Assembly (NCBI GenBank): GCA_035458965.1
Contig: DATHYU010000256.1
Coordinates: 1 to 27,011 of the forward strand
Direction of reading: 5' to 3'
From: Acidimicrobiia bacterium
Lineage (GTDB): Bacteria; Actinomycetota; Acidimicrobiia; Spongiisociales; UBA11373
Length of the DNA stretch: 27,011 nucleotides
Positions 1-8,205 of this stretch are shown here, one piece after another. The position numbers and the translations under genes were made by a program. A model generated the notes under the pieces. It was given only the letters and a program-made list of their open reading frames with translations, was not told where the DNA came from and made no database searches. Positions within the stretch are counted from its first letter, which is position 1. Every line of letters begins with the position of its first letter.

Positions 1-738
1 TGCGATGTTGTACACCGCATGGGGCAATCCCTGCGCCTCGAGGAGCGCCGCCCCGGCAATCGCCACATCCCGGCTGTAGATCCAGTCCTGAGGCGACCCG
101 GGTCCGACGCGAGCATGCCCGGAGCGCAGGGCGATCGCGGCTGCCGCCATGATCGGACTCAGCGTGTCCCGCGACCCCGTGTCCCGCTCCCACGGCCCGA
201 AGACGGCGGCGATCCGCGCGCAGGCCGTCTCGATGCCCCACAGCGCCCCGTAGCGTCGCACGAGCATCTCGCTTGCGTACTTCGTGATGCCGTACATCGT
301 CGCCGGCTCTGGACAGGCCGTCTCGTCGACCGGCTCGGGGTCGTAGCGGATGTCGCCGTACACGGCCCCGGAGCTCGCATAGACGAATCGGCCGACTCCG
401 CAACGACGCGACGCCTCGAGCACCGACTGCGTCCCCATCACGTTGACGTCCACGATCGTGCGGGCGTCGGATCGTTCACGGTCGACGCCCGCAGTGACGA
501 TCGCGGCGTGGAAGACCCGCGAGACGCCGTGCTCGACCATGAGCGCGGCAACCGCCCGACCGTCGCGGACGTCGCCGCCGGCCACCGTGATGCGCCCGGG
601 GCCCCTCGACATCGCCTCGAGAGCCCCCGGTGGAAGGGGACCGCGGCTGAGAGTCACGACGTCGGTTCCTCGGGCCACGAGCAGCTCGGCCAGGTTCACG
701 CCGACGAACCCGTTCCCTCCGGTGATCAAGACCGTCAT
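1..738 (-). CDS. NAD-dependent epimerase/dehydratase (extended SDR), 3' end runs off the window
   Basis: Not in the ORF track; translated by hand from ATG at 738 (SD GAGGAGGAGG upstream): MTVLITGGNGFVGVNLAELLVARG... with TGxxGxxG Rossmann motif, HAA, NVMGT, SSGAVYG and catalytic YGITK (YxxxK). Open to position 1. Confidence 0.9.
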   Translation of the reverse strand, partial: MTVLITGGNGFVGVNLAELLVARGTDVVTLSRGPLPPGALEAMSRGPGRITVAGGDVRDGRAVAALMVEHGVSRVFHAAIVTAGVDRERSDARTIVDVNVMGTQSVLEASRRCGVGRFVYASSGAVYGDIRYDPEPVDETACPEPATMYGITKYASEMLVRRYGALWGIETACARIAAVFGPWERDTGSRDTLSPIMAAAAIALRSGHARVGPGSPQDWIYSRDVAIAGAALLEAQGLPHAVYNIA

Positions 739-787
739 CGAGTTCCTCCTCCTCGGAGGCCGCGCCGTCCGGCCCCGGCCGTGCCGG

Positions 788-810
788 TATAGTCGCGCGC
801 CCGGAGGAGG
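788..810 (+). promoter_or_regulatory. Putative -10 box (TATAGT 788-793) and SD (GGAGGAGG 803-810) for the hydrolase-deacetylase pair
   Basis: TANNNT hexamer in a short divergent intergenic region, followed by a strong SD. Confidence 0.55.
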
Positions 811-816
811 AGTGCA

Positions 817-1626
817 CTGACCACGGTTGCGCGCAGCTACGTGGGTACGCCGTGGGGGCAGGTCCACGTGCTGACGACCCGCGGTGGTGACGACCTCCCG
901 GTGCTCGTGATGTCGCACCAGAGCCCGCTCCACGCCGGCCACTATGAACGCGTCCTGCCGCTGCTCGGAGCTTTCTGCCGCCCCATCGCCTTCGACACGC
1001 CGGGGTACGGGCTGTCCGACCCTGTGCCAGACGGATGGGAGATCACCGACTACGCCGACCTGCTCTGGGAGATCGCCGATCACGCCGGCGGCGATCGGGC
1101 GATCGTGTTCGGTCGTGCGACCGGTTCGATCATCGCCTTGGAGGCCGCTCATCGCCGACCCGATCGGACACTCGGCCTGATCCTCCACGGGCTCCCCGTC
1201 TACTCGGCAACCGAGCGGCGCGAGCGTCTCGCCTCCGATTTCGCCGAGCCGATCCCTCCCCGGAGCGACGGTTCACACCTCATCGCTCTCTGGGAGCGGG
1301 TCCTCGGGCAGTACCCGTACCTGACACCGGACGAGGTGCAGTGGCATGTCGACGCCTACCTCCTGTGTGGCCCGGATTACGCGACGGCGTACCGGGCCAT
1401 GTGGCGATACGACCCGGAGCCGGCCATGAGGTCACTGGCCGTGCCGGTTCACCTTCTCGGCGGAGACCGCGATCGGGTGGGTCACTGGTTCGAACCGGCG
1501 CGAGCTCGAATCCCGGCCGCCACGAGCCATTTCTTCGAGGCCGCGACCGACTTCATCGCACACGACGATCCCGAACGGTTCGCCGGCGAGATCCACCGAT
1601 TCGTCCGATCGGTCACGCAGCACTGA
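817..1626 (+). CDS. Alpha/beta-hydrolase fold protein with non-canonical active site (start CTG 817 or GTG 841)
   Basis: TPWGQVH, SHQSP oxyanion region, FDTPGYGLSD and PVHLLGGDRD are typical of the fold. The nucleophile elbow reads GRATG and the His-loop reads ATDFIAHDDP. Confidence 0.8.
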   Translation: MTTVARSYVGTPWGQVHVLTTRGGDDLPVLVMSHQSPLHAGHYERVLPLLGAFCRPIAFDTPGYGLSDPVPDGWEITDYADLLWEIADHAGGDRAIVFGRATGSIIALEAAHRRPDRTLGLILHGLPVYSATERRERLASDFAEPIPPRSDGSHLIALWERVLGQYPYLTPDEVQWHVDAYLLCGPDYATAYRAMWRYDPEPAMRSLAVPVHLLGGDRDRVGHWFEPARARIPAATSHFFEAATDFIAHDDPERFAGEIHRFVRSVTQH

Positions 1627-1653
1627 TCGACCCGACCCACCGGAGGCAGGACC

Positions 1654-2472
1654 ATGGCCGAATTCGATCACTACCTCGAGGGGGGATACGACCCCTACCG
1701 ACTCGAGTTGTACTGGTTCACGAAGGACATCTTGGAGAGCGAGCCAGACCTGGGACAGCGAAAGATCTGGCTCCACTCACGCTGGTACGAGGACCATCAC
1801 TACGACGAGTGGCTCGACGCGGCGCGCGAGGTCGACGCCCGGATGAGCTTCTGTTTCCTCGGCCGTGATGTCCGCTACCGCAGGAATGTGATCCGCCGCA
1901 TGGTCGACGAAGGCCACGAAGTCGGTACCCACGGGTTCCTCCACTACCTCGTCGACGACACGACCACACGAACCGATCTCCGAGCCGACCTCCAGGCGTG
2001 TGTCGATGAACTCGGCGACCTCGGGGTGCGGCCCCGCGGCCTGTGGATCGGTGCCAAGGGGTACCTGAACCCCGACGCGGCCCTTGCTCTGGTCGACGTC
2101 GGCATCGACTGGTTCTCCAGCGTGCGGCCCCACGACCAGAGCGAACTTCCTGGCGGCCTCACGTGGGTCCCGGCGAAGGCTCCCCACGACGTCGAGATGC
2201 TGTTCTACCACCCGCGTCCCGCCGCCGAAGCGGTGGAGGTCTGGAAACGAGGATATGACGCCGACCCCGGAGGGGCGTTCATGTTCCACCTCTTCACCCT
2301 CACGATGCTCGACGGTGGAACCAACATGGACGCCTGGAAGGAGCTCATGCTGCACACGGGAGGGAGCGTCCCGGTCGCCGAGAAGCTGGACACGGCGACC
2401 ACTCGCCCCTCGATCGTGAGCGACGCGTCGCTCCACCTTGCGATGGGCAGGGCGCACAAGACACCCGATTGA
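1654..2472 (+). CDS. Polysaccharide deacetylase (CE4/NodB)-like protein, divergent
   Basis: MSFCFLG (TFF-like strand), GHEVGTHGFLH (H-x-x-x-H metal motif 2), FMFH (motif 5-like); SD GGAGG upstream of ATG. Confidence 0.7.
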   Translation: MAEFDHYLEGGYDPYRLELYWFTKDILESEPDLGQRKIWLHSRWYEDHHYDEWLDAAREVDARMSFCFLGRDVRYRRNVIRRMVDEGHEVGTHGFLHYLVDDTTTRTDLRADLQACVDELGDLGVRPRGLWIGAKGYLNPDAALALVDVGIDWFSSVRPHDQSELPGGLTWVPAKAPHDVEMLFYHPRPAAEAVEVWKRGYDADPGGAFMFHLFTLTMLDGGTNMDAWKELMLHTGGSVPVAEKLDTATTRPSIVSDASLHLAMGRAHKTPD

Positions 2473-2511
2473 GAGCGGGTCTCCGACCGAGGGCGGCGCA
2501 CCTGCTCGGTT

Positions 2512-2551
2512 GCGGAAGGTCCGGGTTTCGAATCCCCGCCTCGGCTCCGCC
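2512..2551 (+). other. Degenerate tRNA-3'-half-like sequence in a structured convergent intergenic region
   Basis: GCGGAAGGTCCGGGTTTCGAATCCCCGCCTCGGCTCCGCC resembles variable loop + T-arm (TTCGAAT) + 3' acceptor strand, but has extra bases and no matching 5' half or anticodon arm. Confidence 0.3.
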
Positions 2552-2580
2552 GTTGCGCCCGTGGGCCACCGAGCGCGCGG

Positions 2581-3963
2581 TCAGCCCTTGCCGCGCAGCC
2601 AGTTCCCGATCCGCGCCAGCCGGGACGGCGCCTGACGGCGCTCCTCGGACCGGTCGGCCCGCTTGGCGAGCTGCAGCCCGGCGTTGATCCCGACCCACCG
2701 CAGGGGCTCGATCTCCCATCGGCGCGAGGTGTGGCCGACCCACGGCAGCGAGGTCCGCTCGGTCTCCTCCCCTGCGATGAGCTCCGCGAGTGTCCTGCCG
2801 GCGAGCTGGGCGGTGGCGACGCCGTCGCCGACGTAGCCGCCCGCCCACGCGAACCCGGCATCGTGGTCGCAGACCACCGACGGGCGCCAGTCCCGCGAGA
2901 CGCCGAGCGGCCCGCCCCACCGGTGCGTGATCTTCGTGCCCTCGAGGACCGGGAACATCTCGAGGAGGACCCGGACGAGCTCACGGTGCACGCCGTCATG
3001 GATGTCGAACGACGGCTTGACGGTCGAGCCGAAGTGATACGGCGCGCCCCGGCCACCGAAGGCGAGCCGATCGTCCGCGGTGCGCTGGCCGTAGATGAGC
3101 AGGTTCCGGAAGTCGCAGAACACCGGGCGGTCGGCCAGCCCGATGACATCCCAGACCTCGGGCGGCAGCGGCTCCGTGGCGACCATCAGCGAGTACAGCG
3201 GGACGATCTCGCGCCGCCGGCCCGCGAACCCGGCCGTGTAGCCCTCGGTGGCCCGTACGACCATCCCGGCCGACACTCGGCCTGCGTCGGTCTCGACCAC
3301 GCGATCGCCGATGGAACGGACCGGCGAGGCCTCGAAGATGGTGACGCCGCGGCGCTCGGCGGCGGCGGCGAGGCCGTGGACGAGCTTGGCGGGCTGGACG
3401 GCGGCGCCGTGGGCGTGCCACACGCCGCCAACCACGGAGGTGGCACCGAGCATGGCCCGCGCCTCGTCGGCGTCGAGATGGCGGATCTCGGCAGGGTCGT
3501 CGCCGAACTCGACCGCGGAGGCGACCTCCTCCCGGGCGACCCCGTCCTGGAACCCGAGGCGGGCGACCGCCAGCACCCCGCCGAGGTGGTAGTCGCACTC
3601 GATGCCCTCGGCGGCCGCGAGGGACCCGACGTCGCGGACGCTCTGGCGGAGGGCGTCGATGTGGGCCCGTGCGGCGTCGCGGCCGTGATCGGCTTCGAGC
3701 ACCTCGCGCCCGAGCGGGTACTCGGCGTGACACCAGCCGCCGTTGCGCCCCGACGCCCCGAAGCCGACGTGGGTCGCCTCCACGACGGTGATGGCGAGGC
3801 CGGGGCGCAATCTCGCGAGGTGATAGGCGCACCACAGGCCGGTGAACCCGGCGCCGACGATGACCACGTCGGCCTCATGGGCCCCTTCCAGACGCGGCCG
3901 GGTCGGCTCGGTCGGGACCGCGTCCCACCACAGCGGCCGGGTGACGGCGCCGTCGAGCTTCAC
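2581..3963 (-). CDS. FAD-dependent amine oxidoreductase, PuuB (gamma-glutamylputrescine oxidase)-like, DAO family
   Basis: VIVGAGFTGLW FAD motif, GASGRNGG, QPAKLVHGLA, RATEGY, WGGPLG, GGYVGDGV. GTGA start/stop overlap with the upstream ureohydrolase; polyamine cluster context. Confidence 0.85.
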   Translation of the reverse strand: MKLDGAVTRPLWWDAVPTEPTRPRLEGAHEADVVIVGAGFTGLWCAYHLARLRPGLAITVVEATHVGFGASGRNGGWCHAEYPLGREVLEADHGRDAARAHIDALRQSVRDVGSLAAAEGIECDYHLGGVLAVARLGFQDGVAREEVASAVEFGDDPAEIRHLDADEARAMLGATSVVGGVWHAHGAAVQPAKLVHGLAAAAERRGVTIFEASPVRSIGDRVVETDAGRVSAGMVVRATEGYTAGFAGRRREIVPLYSLMVATEPLPPEVWDVIGLADRPVFCDFRNLLIYGQRTADDRLAFGGRGAPYHFGSTVKPSFDIHDGVHRELVRVLLEMFPVLEGTKITHRWGGPLGVSRDWRPSVVCDHDAGFAWAGGYVGDGVATAQLAGRTLAELIAGEETERTSLPWVGHTSRRWEIEPLRWVGINAGLQLAKRADRSEERRQAPSRLARIGNWLRGKG

Positions 3964-4919
3964 GCTCCCACCTTTCGTTCCGCCATGCCGTTGAGGATCT
4001 CGAGCACGACCCGGTTCGCCAGGAAGGCGGTGACCTGGCCCGGGCCGTCGTAGGGCGGGGACACCTCGACGATGTCGGCCCCGACGATCGGGAGCTGGCG
4101 GGCGAGACGCCGGACCGTGTCGAGCAACTCGCGCGACATGAGGCCTCCGGGCTCGGGCGTCCCGGTGCCGGGCGCCATGCCGGGGTCGACGACGTCGACG
4201 TCGATCGACAGGAACACGCCGATCGCGTCGGGATCGGTGGCCGCCGTCACGGCGTCATCGACGACCGGGCGAAGCCCTCGCTCCACGATCTCCGACATGA
4301 GGAAGGTCCGCATCTGCTGATCGGCCATCCAGGTGACGACATTCGGCGGCGGCCAGTACCCGCGCAGGCCGATCTGCACGAAACGGTGACCGGGCACGGC
4401 CCCGGACTCGATGAGGCGGCGCATCGGCGTGCCGTGACCGTGGAGCGCCCCCATGCTCGTCTCGCCCGTGTCCGCATGGGCGTCGAAGTGGACGATCCCG
4501 AACGACCCGTCCCCGTGCACCCGTGCGAGACCGGTCCCGTTGCCGTACGTGATCGAGTGATCACCGCCGAGCACGATCGGCACCGCGCCCGCCGCCGCGA
4601 TCGCGGCGACCGTCTCGGCGAGCGTGGCGAGCCCCGCCTCGAGGTACCCCGGGGCCACCGCGATGTCGCCTGCGTCGACGACCGACAGCACGGAGAGCGG
4701 GTCGATGCCGGTCGACAGGTGCGGACGCACCCCGTCGGCGCCGAGGTAGTCCGCCTCGCGGATGGCCTTCGGCCCGAATCGGGCCCCGGACCGGTAGGTG
4801 GCACCCCAGTCGATCGGAGCGCCGAGCACGACCACGTCGGGAGCCTGCTCGGCCAGGGAGTCGATGCTCGCCTCGGGCACCCCTGCGAACGTGGGGAAGG
4901 TTGCGAAACGGCGCGTCAT
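3960..4919 (-). CDS. speB: Agmatinase / ureohydrolase (arginase family), exact guanidino substrate uncertain
   Basis: GARFGP, GGDHSIT, DAHAD, HGTPM, SIDVDVVDPGMAPGTGTPEPGG Mn-binding motifs. Start re-assigned to ATG 4919, which overlaps the GNAT stop (ATGA). Confidence 0.85.
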   Translation of the reverse strand: MTRRFATFPTFAGVPEASIDSLAEQAPDVVVLGAPIDWGATYRSGARFGPKAIREADYLGADGVRPHLSTGIDPLSVLSVVDAGDIAVAPGYLEAGLATLAETVAAIAAAGAVPIVLGGDHSITYGNGTGLARVHGDGSFGIVHFDAHADTGETSMGALHGHGTPMRRLIESGAVPGHRFVQIGLRGYWPPPNVVTWMADQQMRTFLMSEIVERGLRPVVDDAVTAATDPDAIGVFLSIDVDVVDPGMAPGTGTPEPGGLMSRELLDTVRRLARQLPIVGADIVEVSPPYDGPGQVTAFLANRVVLEILNGMAERKVGA

Positions 4920-5563
4920 CCGCGTCCTCGGGCGGCGTTGTCCGGATGATGCGGGTTGAGCCACACGATGAAGGAAGCGTAATTGTCGGTGGTGGGGTCG
5001 AGGACGTAGTCGGCGATCACGCCGTGGACCTCGAACCCGTTGGCGAGCTGCGCCGTGAGCGTCGGGTCGGTGAGCCGCCCATCGGCGACGGCGTCGACGT
5101 ACTCGCGGGCCGTCATCTCGTCCTTGTGGTCCCGGTACCCGGGGATGACGCCGCCGGCGATGATGCCCCGCTTGCCGTGATCGATGACGAGCTGCTTGCG
5201 GAGGTCGTAGAGGCGCCGGGCGATCCCGCGCCGCCGGTACTCGGGGTCGACGGCGATGTCGATGCCGTAGTACCAGTCGCCGTCGGGATCGTGGTTGCCG
5301 ACGCCCTCGTCGCCGACCACCTCGTGGAGGTCGTGCTGGGGCTCGGAGATGTCGTAGTCCACGAAGACCCCCGACGCCATGCCGACGACGCGGTCGCCGT
5401 CGAGGACCATGAAGCCGCCGGCCGGGAACAGCTCCTCCTGGAGCCGGACCCCGGCGACGGTGATCAGGTCCGCCCGGTCGACCGTCGGGAAGCAGCGAAG
5501 CTCGAGGTCGACGAGCTCCTCGGCGAAGTCCGACGACGCGGTGCGGAACTCGAGCTCACCCAT
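4916..5563 (-). CDS. GNAT-family N-acyltransferase (paralogue 1)
   Basis: YGIDIAVDPEYRRRGIA acyl-CoA motif A, LYDLRKQLV, DPTLTAQLANGF; SD GGAGGG upstream. Confidence 0.85.
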   Translation of the reverse strand: MGELEFRTASSDFAEELVDLELRCFPTVDRADLITVAGVRLQEELFPAGGFMVLDGDRVVGMASGVFVDYDISEPQHDLHEVVGDEGVGNHDPDGDWYYGIDIAVDPEYRRRGIARRLYDLRKQLVIDHGKRGIIAGGVIPGYRDHKDEMTAREYVDAVADGRLTDPTLTAQLANGFEVHGVIADYVLDPTTDNYASFIVWLNPHHPDNAARGRG

Positions 5564-5806
5564 GACCGGCCCCCTCCGCGCTCTTCGATGCCCCCGGCCC
5601 CGCAGGGCCCGGACGCCCGGATCTGTCGCTCGGCATGGGAGCCCCCTCTCGGTCCTCCGTCGGACGGCTCGCCGCCAGTATCGTCGAAATAGGCCCCCCG
5701 CACAAGCGATGCGATGGTCGCAAGGGGTGAAGTAGGCGTTTTCGTGTGCGACCGACCGATCTGGCGTCTATATTGATCGTGCGCATTCACACCACGCGGA
5801 GGAAGC

Positions 5807-7120
5807 ATGAGCGACATCCGGAGCGCCGCCAGGGACCACCTCTGGCTCCACTTCGCCCACGTCCCCCAGGCCGGGCCCATCATCATCGAGCGAGGCGAGG
5901 GGTGCTACCTCTGGGACAGCGACGGCAACCGCTACCTCGATGCGCTGGCCGGGCTGTTCGTCACCGCCATCGGCCATGGCCGGTCGGATCTCGCGAACGC
6001 CGCGAGCAAGCAGGCAGAGACCATGGCGTACTTCCCGGTGTGGGGCATGGCCCACGCCCCTGCGGCGGAACTGGCGACGAAGCTCGCCCAGCTGGCCCCC
6101 GGGGACATGGACCGCGTCTTCTTCGTCTCCGGCGGCTCCGAGGCGGTCGAGTCGGCGTGGAAGCTCGCACGGCAGTACTACCTGGCCAAGGGCGAGCCCC
6201 AGCGCATGCGCGTCATCGGACGCAAGACCGCCTACCACGGGACGACGCTCGGGGCGCTCTCGATCACGTCGATCCCTCCCATCCGCGAACCGTTCGAGCC
6301 CATGCTCAACCAGCTGACGACCCACGTCTCCACGACGGACAACCCCCGCGCCGCCGAGGAGATCGAGGAGGCGATCCTGGCCGTCGGGCCCGAGACCGTC
6401 GCCGCCGTCTTCCTCGAGCCGGTGCAGAACTCGGGCGGCTGCTTCACCCCCTACGAGGGCTACTGGCAGCAGGTCCGCGAGATCTGCGACCGCTACGGGA
6501 TCCTGCTCGTCAGCGACGAGGTGATCTGCGCCTTCGGCCGGCTCGGGACGTGGTTCGGCGGACAGAAGTTCGACTACGTGCCCGACATGATCACGTTCGC
6601 CAAGGGGGCGACCTCGGGGTACGCGCCGCTCGGCGGCGTCATCACCCGGCCCCACATCGCCGAGACCATTCGCGACGCCGGTGAGCTCGTCTGGCACGGG
6701 ATCACCTTCGGCGGGCATCCGGTGTCGTGCGCCGTCGCCCTCGCCAACATCGAGGCCATGGAGAGCGAGCGCATCGTCGAGCACGCGGCCGCGAACGAGC
6801 ACCGCTTCCGCGCCGCGCTCGAGGGCCTGCTCGACCATCCGATCGCCGCCGAGGTGCGCGGCACCGGCTACTTCTACGCGGTCGAGCTGCAGAAGGATCC
6901 CGAGCGGGGCATCCACTTCACCCGCGAGGAGGCGACCGAGCTGGTGGCCCGCCTCAAGCCGCTCCTCGTGGAGCTCGGCATGATCGCCAGGGCCGACGGC
7001 CGCGGCGCCCCGATCCTCCAGTACTCGCCGCCGCTCATCGCGGGCCCGGAGGAGTTCGACGAGATCGCGCGGATCTCGCGCGAGGCACTCGACCGGGTCT
7101 GGAAGGAGTGGACGGCATGA
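5807..7120 (+). CDS. Class-III PLP aminotransferase (omega-amine:pyruvate type, SpuC/PatA-like)
   Basis: SGGSEAVE, AYHG, EPVQ, SDEVICAFGRLG and TFAKG (PLP lysine); SD GGAGGAAG; coupled to ald. Confidence 0.9.
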   Translation: MSDIRSAARDHLWLHFAHVPQAGPIIIERGEGCYLWDSDGNRYLDALAGLFVTAIGHGRSDLANAASKQAETMAYFPVWGMAHAPAAELATKLAQLAPGDMDRVFFVSGGSEAVESAWKLARQYYLAKGEPQRMRVIGRKTAYHGTTLGALSITSIPPIREPFEPMLNQLTTHVSTTDNPRAAEEIEEAILAVGPETVAAVFLEPVQNSGGCFTPYEGYWQQVREICDRYGILLVSDEVICAFGRLGTWFGGQKFDYVPDMITFAKGATSGYAPLGGVITRPHIAETIRDAGELVWHGITFGGHPVSCAVALANIEAMESERIVEHAAANEHRFRAALEGLLDHPIAAEVRGTGYFYAVELQKDPERGIHFTREEATELVARLKPLLVELGMIARADGRGAPILQYSPPLIAGPEEFDEIARISREALDRVWKEWTA

Positions 7121-8205
7121 CGACGGTCGGCATCCCCACGGAGACCAAGCAGGACGAGCGACGCGTCGCGCTCACCCCGGGCGGCGCCGCCGAGCTGACG
7201 GCACGAGGCATCGACGTCGTCGTCCAGTCGGGCGCAGGGCTCGGATCGGCCATCGCCGACGAGGAGTACGCCGTCGTCGGCGCCCGCATCGTCGAGCACG
7301 CCGAGCAGGCCTGGGCATGCGACATCGTGTGCAAGGTCAAGGAGCCGCAGTCCGGCGAGTTCGGGTACCTGCGCGACGACCTCACGCTGTTCACCTTCCT
7401 GCACCTCGCCGCCTACCCGGGCGTGGCCCGGGCGCTGCTCGACGCCGGCACCACCGCCATCGCGTACGAGACGGTGGAGGTGGACGGCACGCTCCCGCTG
7501 CTCGCGCCCATGAGCGAGATCGCCGGCCGGCTGTCGATCCAGGCCGGGGCCTCCCACCTCGAGGCGCCCCACGGCGGACGCGGGGTGATGCTCGGCGGCG
7601 TGCCCGGTGTCGCGCCCGCGAACGTCGCCGTGATCGGGGGCGGGCACGTCGGATGGAACGCCGCGCGAATCGCGGCCGGCATGGGGGCCACCGTGACGAT
7701 CCTCGACATCAACGTCGCCCGGCTCCGCACCCTCGACGACCTCCTGTTCGGCCGAATGACGACGCGTGCCAGCAACCGCGCCGACGTCGAGGAGGCCATC
7801 GCGACCGCCGACCTCGTGATCGGTGCGGTCCTCGTCCCCGGCGCCAAGGCCCCCCACGTGGTGACCGAGGACCACATCCGCACGATGCGCCCGGGTTCCG
7901 TGGTCGTCGACGTGGCCATCGACCAGGGCGGCTGCGTCGCGACCAGCCGGGAGACGTCGCACCGCGAGCCCACGTACGTCGTCCACGACGTCGTGCACTA
8001 CGCCGTCGGGAACATGCCCGGGGCCGTCCCCCGCACCTCCACCTTCGCACTGACGAACGTGACGCTCCCCTACCTCGTCGCCCTCGCCGCCCACGGGGTC
8101 GACGGGGCGATCGATGTCCGTCCCGAGCTCGCCGGCGGACTCAACACCCGCGCAGGGGCGATCACCCACCCGGCCGTCGAGGTCGCGCTGCACGCGGTGG
8201 CGTGA
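7117..8205 (+). CDS. ald: Alanine dehydrogenase
   Basis: VGIPTETKQDERRVALTP, KVKEP, FTFLHLAA, AYETV, PMSEIAGRL, GAVLVPGAKAP, DVAIDQGGC, HYAVGNMPGAVPRTST. ATG 7117 overlaps the aminotransferase stop (ATGA). Confidence 0.95.
   Translation: MTTVGIPTETKQDERRVALTPGGAAELTARGIDVVVQSGAGLGSAIADEEYAVVGARIVEHAEQAWACDIVCKVKEPQSGEFGYLRDDLTLFTFLHLAAYPGVARALLDAGTTAIAYETVEVDGTLPLLAPMSEIAGRLSIQAGASHLEAPHGGRGVMLGGVPGVAPANVAVIGGGHVGWNAARIAAGMGATVTILDINVARLRTLDDLLFGRMTTRASNRADVEEAIATADLVIGAVLVPGAKAPHVVTEDHIRTMRPGSVVVDVAIDQGGCVATSRETSHREPTYVVHDVVHYAVGNMPGAVPRTSTFALTNVTLPYLVALAAHGVDGAIDVRPELAGGLNTRAGAITHPAVEVALHAVA

Noticed and set aside
19-820. Plus-strand ORFs 19..792 and 443..820
   Set aside because: Arg/Pro-rich shadows antisense to the SDR epimerase, which has clear motifs and an SD.
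2504-2575. Intact tRNA (7-bp terminal stem spanning ~72 nt, D-arm-like pairing, TTCGAAT)
   Set aside because: Anticodon and T stems do not pair in the required positions on either strand, and TTCGAAT is misplaced relative to this stem. Kept only as a tRNA-like fragment.
2731-4053. 440-aa plus-strand ORF and similar long antisense ORFs (e.g. 5768..6916, 6874..8193, 12884..14467, 15285..17048, 18235..20001, 21265..23346, 25210..26934)
   Set aside because: Antisense shadows of well-supported genes, expected in ~70% GC DNA with strong codon bias; no recognisable motifs.
5556-5786. 76-aa minus-strand ORF upstream of GNAT1 as a leader peptide
   Set aside because: Low-complexity G/P/R composition, no SD, no informative codon run, and it spans the divergent promoter.
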